64,000 nucleotides of DNA from the human T2T-CHM13v2.0 reference genome, Homo sapiens (GCF_009914755.1 NC_060933.1); one strand, 5' to 3'. Shown: positions 1 to 13,255, numbered from the stretch's first letter. The notes: generated from the sequence alone by a model not told the origin. A program made the numbers and translations.

Positions 1-135
1 AATAATAATCCAACTTACTTCAGATATAGATACTCAAATTTATGTTTTACATAGAAGCAGCATAAGGCAATTTTAAAGGAGATAAGGAGGAATTTGCAGC
101 ATTCCTGCAAGCATAAGGCTTTTCTCTTTTCATAA

Positions 136-772
<637 letters not shown>

Positions 773-847
773 CTATCTCCTACTTTTGCCTTAGGATTCA
801 TTCACTGACATTTATGATTGCAAAAGGAGTTTAAAAGCAAATTGGAA

Positions 848-1159
<312 letters not shown>

Positions 1160-1789
1160 TTATCATCTTTCAGTTTCACAATCATTTGGTTGGAAGAGTC
1201 ACTGCTGAACATCAATTGAACCAGAATAATACATGGTCATTTTGCCCCATGATTAAATGTGCCCATCAAAGCCAGATATACCTGACTCACAAAAATTGCC
1301 CCTATTTACTAAGTATCAGTTTTTAAACAGGATCATGAATTTTATGCTATTCTAGGTATTTACTGTTTTGAATACAGTAATACTTGTGCCCTTTCTTGTT
1401 AGTCTGCTTATGTTAAATTAAAATCTTTGCCTCTGATTAACAGTCTAACAGTAAGAAAGCTCTCTTCCTTGCTTTCCTTCCCTTGTACGTCCTCTGGTAA
1501 AGATGTTACCTACCCAAGAGTGAGAATGACTTAAAGAGCATTTAGGGTGGGAGGGAAAAGAGAAAAAACAAAAGACCTGATAATTATGCTGTGAGGGACT
1601 TTGAAAGAGACTGATAGCAGTGGAAGTAAGGGTAAAGGGAGGTCCTTAATAATTTTGAGGCCCTGCTGTCTGAACCAGTTTTCTTATGGACAGCTGCTTT
1701 GACTTTTAGTAGTAGCCTTGAAACATCTGGCATGCTATCTGTTTTTATTGCTACTTATGACCAAAACATTTAAACATTTTGTTTTTAAG

Positions 1790-1875
1790 GTGTGTTTAAG
1801 AAGTCTGATGGCTGGGTTGGCTTAGGCTGCTGTGAACTGGCTATTGCCTTGGAGTGTCGACAGGCATGCAAGCAG
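1790..1875 (+). CDS. RECK: RECK exon 5 (86 nt; (G)VFKKSDGWVGLGCCELAIALECRQACKQ, CC2 domain)
   Basis: ttttaag|GT acceptor, CAG|gtaac donor; translation matches recalled RECK sequence. Confidence 0.97.
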
Positions 1876-3222
1876 GTAACACTGGGTAGTCAGGCTCTCA
1901 AACATCATGGAGTGCAGTTTGGTTTTAGCTGTGCACATGTCTTGGGCCTTGCCCACCTCCTAGCTTTGCAGAGGTAACCCGTAAAAACTGCAAATTTAGC
2001 ATTTTTTGTATAGACCATTTCCTTTTAGACTTGCTGTTTTTTTATTTATGGCTGCTGCATATGGCCTCAGCCTGCTTTTATTCTTTCTTATCATTCCTTG
2101 TCTCTGCCATGCAAAAAAGAATATTATAGGAATTTAGGTCATCCATACTTTGCCTGCAATCATGCTGAATCAATGCTGATGATGGCTGGGTAAATGTAGG
2201 CTATGCTTGGATGAGAACATTTGACACAGTTGGCTCATTTTTTCATCTCCTTTTCTCTGTTTCATCATGGCTTTACCCTGAGTGTGTTCTTATATCCCTT
2301 CTCTGCTCCTAAGATGAATCTGACTCATACACTGAGTTATTACTTATCTTTGATTTGATATAGTTCTGCCCCAATTCAGCTTAGGTGCCTGAGTTTGTCC
2401 TCACTTTGTATGTTTTAGTAGTGGTTTCTCAGAGAGGAAAAACTAGCCTCTTGGTTCCTCTACTGCAAGTGGCAGAAATAGACTTAACTGGGAAACTAGA
2501 AGTGGTTAGATGGACCTGAAACCACAGTTGGAAAGCCTTCTCTTATTTTCTTCTTCTAGGGACTTATCTCAGATAAGAGTATATGAGATATGGTATCACC
2601 TTCACTTTCACAGAGACGACTATCCTATAGCCTGAGCAACAGTCTGGGCAGCACATGACCTAGCTGTCTGCTGCTGTCCTCCAGGCATTGAGGTGAAGCT
2701 GAGTTGCAGAGGATTTGAAGTATAATGAATTTAGTGAGTTGTAAAACAGTTGCTGGCCCATTCTTCTTCTTGTTCTCCCTGTCCTCATCAGCTGGCCTGT
2801 TCTAAATTGCACTGGCCTAGGTGATAGAACAGGAAGAATGGAGCAAGGAACCAGAGCTCACAGCTCTGGAATGGAAACTGACTCATGTGGAAAAACAGCC
2901 ACCCCTCAGCAGATTTTTTTTGGCTTCTTTTATATAGAAAGTATATACTTAAATATGGCAAATAGCTTGCTACTTCTCTAAGCACCAGTTTCCTCATCTG
3001 TAGAGGGGTTAGTATCTTCTTTATAAACTTGTTAAGAGACTTACACAAAAATAACTTGTTAAATGCCTGGCATAGTACCTCTTCCCTATTTAGTTGCCCC
3101 CTCCGTTATATACTCAGCAAGTTCAGAATGAAAGTTTAGAATGTGAAGAGTTAAAGAAAAAGCAAAATGTAAATGCCCTGGCAGAGCTTCACAAGAAAAT
3201 TTGCTACAGAGTGGAATTCAGC

Positions 3223-3253
<31 letters not shown>

Positions 3254-3571
3254 TCTGATTTACAATTTCCTTCAAAGACATCTAGTTTCTGAAATAACAA
3301 AAGGACTGTGTTGTTATGTGAAATTAAAGCCATAAAAGTTAGAGCAAAGCTCTAGAATATTGAGTAGCCCTACAGATTATGTTTGTTTTAAAGAAATTGC
3401 ATGAAATTTGTTTGTTGTATTTTAGGAAATTTAAAATATTTGAACATAAGGTTTTCCTTGATGAAATAAAGGATACTATATCAGTAATTAACAAATGCTA
3501 ATTTATGTTCTTTTTGCCCTGTGCTGAATAGCATGTATAATAAATTAATGGAGAAATTTGTTGGTTTTTAG

Positions 3572-3619
3572 GCATCTTCAAAGAATGATATTTCCAAAGT
3601 TTGCAGAAAAGAATATGAG
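3572..3619 (+). CDS. RECK: RECK exon 6 (48 nt; ASSKNDISKVCRKEYE)
   Basis: tttttag|GCA, GAG|gtatgc; phase 0-0, continues frame. Confidence 0.96.
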
Positions 3620-4763
3620 GTATGCATTTTATTTAACAAATGTGGATAGCCTATTCAGATGTTATCAGAATTAACAAAATTACTTAAATTTTTAAAATGA
3701 ATTTATTTTTATACAACTTCCCTTTTACCTTACAGAAAATTTTGCATTGACAAAAATGTCATTTACTGTGTTCGGAAATGTTATGATTTTAGTTGATTTT
3801 TGTTGAAATGAAGTATTAATTTTAAAGAAATGCCTAAATCTCACATACAAAGGATTTAACCTATAATATTTTTATAACAAAGCAACTAGTTGTACCCAAG
3901 GTTGTGAAATAGTTTTTCTCGTGTTTCATGTTCTCTTTTGTCTCATCTCCTATCTCTTGACCCATCCAGGTGGTATTCATTTCTATAAACTACCTCTAAT
4001 CATAAAGAAAAGTAATAAAAGAAAGAAAATCACAGGGCTAGTGTGAATAGCTCAGACTTTCCTAGAATCTTGCATTTGGGGGAAAAAATACTAAGTTACA
4101 AAAGCTATATTAAATCTGAAGGACTCTCATCTCAATAGTGGGATTTCTAACACTGGTATCTAGATGGGGTAGATATTAAGGCAGGGGTATAGCGGAAGTA
4201 TTTTACACCATACAAATATGTGCAGAAGATTGTGCCTGATATGAAAAAACCTCCTCATTGGGGCTACTTTGTTCATTTTCTAGAACTCTGTTCTTAAATG
4301 TGACAATATTACAGTTTTTGTAGTGTAAGGCTATGTAATTAAGGATACTTAAGTGCATATATCTCATGCACCATTTTTATATACAAACATTGGGATTCCT
4401 ATTGCTGTGTTTTCTTGGAGAAGGTAGAATAACTCTCTTAACTACTTCTAGGTTATAGTTTTTATTTTTTTTCTTTTCTCAAAGCCTGTATCTCTTATTT
4501 TTAAACTTGACAGTCTTATTTATCTTTTGTTCCTTTGTACTGTTTGCTAAGTTGTATCTATTCCTCTGAAGACAAATTTCCAAATTATAGCTCTCCTCCG
4601 TTCTTATTGAAAGGAGCCCTGCTACAGAGAAGTAAAAGATCTTTATTTTCTTATCTCTCTATCTTTGAAATAACCAGTTTTAGTTTCTCTTGAACAAAGT
4701 GGCTAACTGTGATAATTCCTTCTTTTCTCCTACATGATGTCTGACACTGTCCATCTTCCATAG

Positions 4764-4865
4764 CCTGTCCTCCGTTATTTTAGTGTGCTTCCTTCTCTTG
4801 TCTGGATTTCTGCATTGCCCTAGGAAGTCTGCCAGTATGTGTTGATGAAGGACAAGACAGGAAAG
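4764..4865 (+). other. RECK: Candidate cassette exon in intron 6 (acceptors at 4764 or 4824; strong donor AAG|gtaaga)
   Basis: Branch-like CTGAC at 4741, pyrimidine tract, TAG acceptor, consensus donor in phase 0; ATG at 4845 is in frame with exon 7. Confidence 0.55.
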
Positions 4866-6419
4866 GTAAGAGAGACAAACTGTCCTATGATAGAAATACT
4901 AAGAATAGTTTACTTTTCCCAGTCTATCTTCCCTAATTTGGCCTAGAATTAAGCAACCATTTTCCAAAAATCTGTATGGCAAAAGGATCCTTTTGTTTTT
5001 ATATTAAAAGTTGATCCCACAAATTCTTCAATATAAGACTCAATTTGATTTCTTACATGTTATTTAGAAACGAAAATAGAGATAAGAGTACTTTAATGCA
5101 GGAAGGGTTCTGCATTATAAACCTCACATAACAGTCACTGTCATGATTGTTGAAGTCTAGTCTAGACATAAAAGCTATTTGTTATAAAGTGAATTGGGTA
5201 AATTTGGTGTAATATAGCCTATTTTAAGTGGACTGGTTGTTTATCAACATCAGAATAATTTATGAACCAGGCTTTTAGTATCTTTTCCTTAATACTGGAA
5301 TGATCCCTGGGATGAACTTGTAGATGTATGAGCCATTTCTATAGGCTTGCAATTTTAAGGGTAGCATTTACCCTGGAGAGTAGTTTTATGTATAGTTTGA
5401 TTTGAGTTTCAGAGAATGAGTAATTACATTTGGAGGAGCTAATGTTTTTCTTTTTTGGTAAGCTGTTGTAGAGTTCCTTTTGAAGGGATTTGCTAAGAAA
5501 TTTACTTAAAGTTTTAAAATTTTAATGCCATTTAAGATTTTGTCTTGTTCTAGCCAACCTAAGATAAACCAGTTTAATATAAAGCATTGTTACATCAGAT
5601 TTTATAGAGTCTGGTTTTTTTCTTATGCAAATTAACAAGTACCTGTTGAATACTTAGAGTTTTATATATTAGAAACAGCATTAACTGGAAGCAGACTTAG
5701 TTTAGAATTCTGATTAAGCAACTTTTAGCATAACTCCAAATACTAAAGAATTATATTTAATTGAGTCAGGCTAATTAAAATATATACTGCACACATAAGG
5801 GCTCAGGGAAATAAGAAAGCAGAGCAAGAATGTTTGGAGTTATCAGGAAAAACGTTGCAAATGAGAGAGGCCTGAAAGGATTGGTATAATTTGGGTAAAG
5901 ACCTAAAGACCTAAGACTGTGGATCAAAGGTATGTTATCAAAAATGCACATGGCTTATGCAGGAGGAAAAGAGAAGACAGACCTATTTTGGGCTGCAAGT
6001 CTATGCTCAGATAGGTAAAGTGGGACCAAATCCTAAAAAGATAGCATTTTGAGGCTCAACTCATTATTAATGAGAGGGTGATGATGAAGATTCTGTAAAA
6101 GGAGACCAATATATAACAAATAACAAAACCAATATTTTAGAAACTTAAATTCATAATCCTGTGCAGGCTAAGTTTTAGATCCCACAAACCCCTCTAGCTT
6201 AGCTAAAAAGAGGTAATAGCTTAGCTAATAAATCCCAGACTAGGATAATAGTAATAGAGTCAAATATTCAAGAATAAATCAGAGATTCAAAGGCAGAATC
6301 CATCAGCAAGATTCGTTATGATGGATTGAATATAGATGGTATTCAGGGAGATAATCTAATCTTTTAAGCCTAGTTTCCTGGCATTCATTTACTATTCTTC
6401 TATACTTAAAGGTACTAGT

Positions 6420-8280
6420 TAAAACTTCTCTTTCTGGCAATAGGGCAGGCTTGCTACCTGGACCAGTCCTCCAGGTGAAAATAACTTAAAATGCTAGATG
6501 AATTTGCTGGAAAGAAAATACGGAATGCTCAAGCCAAAAACTAAATGAAGGCAGGAATCCAGAGAAGTAAGAACAGTAAAGAAGGCATTAGCTTTGAGGG
6601 CATTTGCTGAATCAATTTTTATAGCTTTGTAGCTTCACGAGGCTCAGAAGTCAGGAGACAAATCCTGGGTTCTGATTGAAGGTGGAAAATCTAAGTGAAA
6701 TCCCCTTCCCTTCCCACCAATAAATTTGGGATTCCAAAGGGACTATACACTTAGTATTAGGGTGACCAGGAAATATGCTCATCTCCCTTTCCAGGGGGAT
6801 CTGCAAGGAAAACTGCTTCTCTCCAACATTAGTCTTATTCCATTGAAAATTCATAACCCTAAGCTGGTCTTCCCATGAGTTTGCAGCCCAAATTTGTATC
6901 AAGTGAGTGTTTGTAAAACCTCAAGCTGAGAATTTATTTCAAGTGGTTCTGAAATGGTAGTGGCCCTCAGATGCTTGAGAAAAGGTAACACAGATCCTCT
7001 CTGGAGGAATTGATCTTGTATTTCAGACCTCTTGGGATTTCCACGGATAAAGTCCTAAGGAAAAATAAGCAGTTCATAATAAAAAAAAGTCACAGAACTC
7101 ACCAGAAAACATGATTTGTTAAATAAAAGCCAACAGGAACAATGGTGAATAGAATCAGACCTAAAGATACTTCAGATATAGAAATGATCAGATGCAGACT
7201 AAAATGTTTAATATGTTTAAGAAATAAAATAGGCTTACAAATATGAAGAGCAGGCCGGGTGCGGTGGCTCACACCTGTAATCCCAGCACTTCGGGAGGCT
7301 GAGGCGGGTGGATCACCTGACGTCAGGAGTTTGAGACCAGCTTGGCTAACATGATGAAACCCTGTCTCTACTAAAAATACAAAAATTAGCTGGGTGTGGT
7401 GGTGCACACCTGTAAATCCCAGCTACTCGGGAGGCTGAAGTAGGAGAATCACTTGAACCTGGAGGTGGAGGTTGCAAAAAAAAAAAAAAAAAAAGAAGAG
7501 CAAGCATACTTTAAAAAGAATCAAAGAGAATTTCCAGAACAGTATAATTGAAATACAAACACAATGGATGGGTGTTATAATAGTTTAGGTACAGCAAAGA
7601 AAGTAAATTGGAAGATAGAACTAAAGAAATTATATGGAAAAGAAACACAGAGGGGCATGGGGCTGAAAAATAGTTTAGGACACAGGAAGGATAGAGTGAG
7701 AAAATCCTCTCTAACTGGAGTACTAGAAGAAAAATAAATAGGATGGGCAGGAGCAGTGTTTAAAGAAGCCCTACAAATACCCAGCAGGATCAAAGGGAAA
7801 AAAATCCACATATTATAGACAGACATCATAGCCAAAGATCTTAAAAGTAGTCAGAAAAAAAGGCATTGCCTTCAAAGAAGACCAACGACTGATTTCCCAG
7901 TAGCAACAGAGGAAGCCAGAAGACAGTAGAATGATTCCTAAATGGTTCCGAAAGAAAGTAACTATCAATCTAGCATTCTATATCCAGCAAAAAGGTATTT
8001 CAAGAAAGGCAAAATTAAGCTAGTTCTAAACAGCTAAAACAAAATTGCATTAGTGGAGCCTTTCTAGAAGTTCTCTGTAAAGGAAGTTCTAAAATATCTA
8101 CTTCAGACAGAAAATTATTTGAGATGCAAAAGAGAATGTGAAAATAGAAAGTGGGTAAATTAGGACACAGATTTTTAAAACAATAGTAATGTATTACTGG
8201 ATTTTAAAAAAATAATTAAAACATAGTAACAGTAGCATTTATGTTGGGAAAGGAATTTGAAGAAATTGAAGCATATGATG
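6420..8280 (+). mobile_element. Old L1M 5'/ORF1-region remnant
   Basis: A-rich L1-like motifs (GGAAGCCAGAAGACAGTAGAATGA; ATTCTATATCCAGCAAAA). Confidence 0.55.
7253..7494 (+). mobile_element. Alu lacking the last ~55 nt of the right arm
   Basis: GGTTGCA runs directly into the A tail; TSD GAAGAGCA. Confidence 0.92.
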
Positions 8281-10680
8281 TGTTAGGGTCTTTACACTAA
8301 AAGACCCATATCTCAGAGGTGATTAGGAATCCAGACTAAAGATGAGGAGAATTATCATGCCCACAGTCAACCTTGAAGTAACCCTTGAACCTTGGAGTGA
8401 ATGAAAGCTCCATAGAAGAGAAAGTGTAAAAAGAATAGAGAGCTGGGTTTTGAAAGAGAATAGAATCTTTTAGAATCTAATAGAATCTAAAATAATCCAT
8501 TCTTTTGAAAAAAAAAAAATAGAGAGTAGAGAGCTGAGTTTCTTTAGGGAACTAGAAAAGAAGGAGCCAGATACTGATCTGAAATTGATCAAAATGGAAT
8601 GAGATATTCCAAAAACAGATAACTTCCTATCACTGGAAATGTTCAAGTAAAGACTTACTGGATTCATCATGTGAAGGGGATTTTTGCAACAGACAGGAGA
8701 TTTGATGATCTCTCTTCCAACTCTGTAGCTCTCTTATTCTGATGAATACCTAAGAAATAATATATCCTTCACTACTTAAGAGTACTTCTTTTGAGAATCA
8801 CACTTGTTTTGATTGTGGGGTCACCAGACCCTGGCCTGTAGGAGCTATCCAAATCAACCATTAGCTTGATAACTCCTTTATGGGCATGTTCAAGTATCAT
8901 GGACTTGCTCAGTTCTAGGTTCTCTGCCTTTTCACAGGCTTTGTCCTTTGGCCTACCTAAAAGTATTGGTTAGGCCACATGGGGTTCATGAATGTGTTGT
9001 GAAGCTACAACCAGAGATGATATTCAAAGTATTCAGCAGCTGTAGTTACATAGGCACCAACAGTCAGAACAGATGCTGGCTGTAAACCATAGGAATAGCC
9101 ATACTTGTGCACATTGGCTGATTAGAACTAAAGGAAAAATGAGTTCATGTTTTCCAGGGGGTGTGAAATACAGTGTAGATTCTTTTTGCATAGTCTTCGT
9201 TCACAGGTTGGCTGTGAACATTTTCTTCTAGCCACCAAAATTATGATTTAAAAAATTTTTTGGTTGTTGATGGTTAATTTTCTTTCTTGAATGTCACAAT
9301 AAGCTTCATTAAGGTAATATGAGGCTGATGAATTCCCAGAGACTGGCAATGGCTATAAAGTGATGAGATAAATTTTAGTTTGAAGTTTGTAAATCCATTT
9401 TATACTTTTAATGGCAGACCTTACCTGCCATTCTCTTAACATAATGGCCATAAATATAAATGCCTTTACATTTGCTGTGTGAGCCACTGAAGTACAATGC
9501 TACAAATTTGCCATCATACGTTTTATATTTTTTTACTTGTTTCTTCCTTCTTTCACAGATTCTTCTCTAAGCTTTTCTTTATATTTTCAGAAATGTCATT
9601 TTCATGTCTCTCCTTTCTTTGCTAGCTTTCTTCAATACACTTTTTTGATGTTATATCATTAAGGAAGGTGAGAAACTATGAAGGAAAGTTAGTAGGGGGT
9701 ATTTTTGTGAGGACTAACTTTTTTTTAGTCTTAAGGCAGTTAAGTTTTAAACTAAACAGTTGCCAATACAACTAAAATATTGTTCTGCCATGGGGCTCTG
9801 GTTCTGTGAGAATGCTAAAATTAAGACTGTTGAGGATTCTGTCTTCTGTTAGTCCCACCTATCAGTACACAGCTAAATGTATAGAATGGTGCAGGTATGT
9901 GTTAAATTTTAATTTTGGGATTTTCACATTGTTCAAAATTCAAAATGGTATACAATGAATTATGTTTCCCACAGCCATCCAGTTCCTAAAGTTACTAGAG
10001 ATATTTGAGATATTTTCTGCATATAAAAGTAAATATATATATGTATAGTCCTCCTCTACCCTCCTTTACCACAAATGGTAGTTTACTATACCCTTTGTTC
10101 TGCCCCTGGATGCCAGTGTTTGGTGTATATTTATGTATGTCTACCCAGACTGTATACTGTTTCCTCAGGAAATGTCACAATAAAATGTTCTGCTTAAAGA
10201 TTTCTGTGTATCTATTAATTTTATTTTGTTTCTTTTTCTTTCAAATTAACTTTGGTTCTAGATTTACTACCAGAAGCATAAAGGAAAAGGGATGAAAAAT
10301 TAGCCCAATTTAGAGATAAGAGGAGCAGGGATATCAGGACCAACAGGATTCTCTGGACAGCTAGAAGCCTCCTAAGCTTCAGTGTGATTGGATCTGTACT
10401 GCAGTGGTTCTAAGAATAGAGGAGACCATCTAGTTGTGGCAGATCACAGCCTAGGCTATGGACAGTTTTGTTCCTTGCCCAGTCAGCTTTTAGGGATTTT
10501 AACAAAAGGAATCGTGTGATACTTTGCCCCAGCAAAGCCCTCAGGACCTAAAAGTAAAGCATCTTTTAGTTTATGCTGAGGCAACTTCAAGAATTGCCAG
10601 GATATAGTAAATAGAAGACTATGAATGAGAGGCTTTATAAATGGTAAAATGCTGTACCGGTATACTGTATCACAGTAGAT

Positions 10681-10751
10681 TTGAGCCGTTACCTGCAGCT
10701 GATGAGCTCCAAAAAGAGCGAAACCTATTAGGTCCTGCAGTACTGGCTTAA
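10681..10751 (+). ncRNA. Type I hammerhead self-cleaving ribozyme (HH9) in RECK intron 6
   Basis: Core CTGATGA 10699-10705; stem II GCTC/GAGC with CAAAAA loop; GAAA 10720-10723; stem III ACCT/AGGT with ATT loop; GTC triplet 10732-10734; stem I CTGCAG/CTGCAG, internal loop, then TGAGCCG/TGGCTTA. Confidence 0.96.
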
Positions 10752-11207
10752 GATAGTATTAAACTTTGTATGTTGTTTTGGTTTGTCGTATTTGTTTTGT
10801 AGTTGGGGGAAGGGAGTAACTCCTATTTAGTCTCCTTGCTGCTAGTGTATTTCCTTTTCCAGTTCATTCTTCTCAGAAGTCACCTGAACGAGATGATTCC
10901 AAAAGGGAATTTGATCAAATCAGATTAGATTGCGACCTGGTCTCATCTTAAGTGGCCAAGGTTTTCCCCTTAAGCAATCTCATCTCCCATAGATTTAATT
11001 GTTCTTATATGCTGACAACTTCAGAATCTTCATTGCTAACCTTTTTTTTTTTGAGCTCCTGAACACTATTGGATACATGTACTTTTGATGTTCCCTTGGA
11101 ACAACAAACAATCAAACCAAAATTGATTGATTTTAAATCAACCAAATTGATTATTACTTTCTCTACCTTTTCTGCCTCCCCTTCCCTCCCTTCCACCCCT
11201 AAACAGC

Positions 11208-11235
11208 AACACACAGACACACACAGACACACACA

Positions 11236-11273
<38 letters not shown>
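11208..11273 (+). repeat. (CA)n / (CACAGA)n microsatellite
   Basis: Direct inspection. Confidence 0.95.
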
Positions 11274-11274
<1 letters not shown>

Positions 11275-11857
11275 CCATCCCAAAACAAAACTTATGATTT
11301 TTCTTGCATTTCTTGTTTGGTTGTACCAATATGATCCTTCCAGGCACATCAACTTAAATGCCTGAGAGGTATTGTCTACTCTTTCCTCTTTCTCATCACC
11401 TCCTGCAAATTACTGTCTCTCAAGCCTAAAGAGTTGCCTTCTAAATGTACCTTAAATCAGTCTCCCTTTCAGATCCTCAGGTATTGCCTTAGCTTAGGTC
11501 TTTCTGCCACTTTTCTGGATACCTATAATAGCTGCCAAACTAGTTTTCCTGTGTCTAATTTCTCCTCTTATCTACTATATCCACTTCTAGATTAATCTCT
11601 TTAAAGACCAAATTTGATCCATGTCACTACCTTCCTTAAACCCTTCAGTTGCTTCCCTGTAGAACACAGCTCATGCTCCTCAGCCCAGTATCCCAAGCTT
11701 TTCTCAGTCTAGCTCCTGGTTCTTCTCTCTGTTACATTTAAGCAGCATGCTACTTATAGTTTCCCAGATTGACCCTGTTGTTTTATTTGTTAGTTGTAGT
11801 TGTACAAATTGTTTGTTCCACCTGGAATTCCTTCTTCTGAATCTTGGAACAAAAAGT

Positions 11858-12062
11858 ATAGTATATTGGAGCTGGCAATACCAGCTCCCTACCAGCTAGG
11901 GAGTACTGCTTGTTAAATATTCAGGGATTTTGCAAGCCAGCTTGTAACTTAAAATCAGCCATGGGTGGAGGTATTTGCAGCGTGAACATCAGCAAATACT
12001 GCAAATCCAGATTTTCTCCACAACCACCCCCCACAAAAAAAGCTGGTTCCAGAACATCATTA
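11858..12062 (+). mobile_element. hAT DNA-transposon relic (MER63-like)
   Basis: TTGTTAAATATTCAGGGATTTTGCAAGCC and CAGCAAATACTGCAAATC motifs. Confidence 0.55.
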
Positions 12063-12789
12063 CCTCTATTGAACTAGAGTAACCTTTGCCTTAAATCCTG
12101 GTTTAAATGGTACCACTTTAAAGCCTTTCCTGCCCATTCATCTTCTCTCCACACACATAAAATTGATCACTACTTCCAAGCCCTTTGCATGCTTTATTAT
12201 AGCATTTGTCGCTCTATAGCATAACTATGTTTACATGTCTCTTTTTAAACTAATCCCTGAGTTCCTGGGACAGAGTTCATATAATTATCTTTGTCTCTGT
12301 CATTCATTCACTTAACATTCATTGAACTGATACACACTGAACCAATATATTTAATATGTATCAGGCATTGTTCTCAGGGTACAAAAATGAAAGGATTTAG
12401 TCTGCAAGAAGCTCATAGTCCATGGGAAGAGAGAAATCCAAATAGTCCATTACAATACAGTGAGACAAGTACATTGCTAGAATGTATTGGAGCCTGGAGG
12501 AAAAAACCCTGCCTAGGGAAATGGGGAAGTCTTTCACAGAGCAGGTAAGACTTAAAGGATGAGCAGAAAGCTGTTGCCTGTAACAAAGTGCTACAGTCAG
12601 TACTTTTATAGATAGAAAAATTTTATAGACTTTTTCCCACTCTGGAGAACAGAATTATTCAAGGTTCTTTGTAACACAGTATATCAGCTTTACGTGGAAA
12701 CTCTGTGTAAATGTCTTACACTCTTGGAATGCATGGAGAAAGTGCTCATTTTCTACTGTACTGTGGAGAATGTTTTCATTCTGAGTACT

Positions 12790-13255
12790 ATCTATTATCC
12801 CAATAATGTTGTATAGTAAACCATCCCAAAACTCCATAGCTTAAAACAGTAACAATTTATTATTTCTCACAAATCTAAGGGCTTACTAGGCAGTTCTGCT
12901 CTGGCCAGGCTTAGCTGATTCCAGCTGGGCACACTCATCTGTCTACAATCAGATGGCAGGTCAGCCTGGGGCTGCCTGCTTTAGGAAGCCCTTGGCTAAG
13001 TCAGCTCAGATCTTCTCCATGTTTTCCCCTCCCTTTAGCAGACTAGCTCAGGCATGTTCACGTGGTGGTGGCAGGAGTCCAAGAGAGAAAGTGGAAACAT
13101 GCAAGTGTAGTTCGGGCAACTGCTTACTCCAAGCTTGCTAGTGTCCACTAGGCCAAAGCAAGGCAAGTCACATGGCTAAGGCCAGAGTTACTGTACAATA
13201 AATAGATATAAGGAAATGTGAAAAATTGGGGCCATTACTGTAGTCAGTTCACCAC
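12790..13255 (-). mobile_element. MaLR LTR (MLT1 family)
   Basis: CCCAAAACT..AGCTTAAAACAGTAACAATTTATTATTTCTCAC motif; CAAGTCACATGGCTAAG. Confidence 0.7.

Noticed and set aside
11005-11365. ORFs with VC/HT repeats
   Set aside because: Translation of the (CA)n microsatellite
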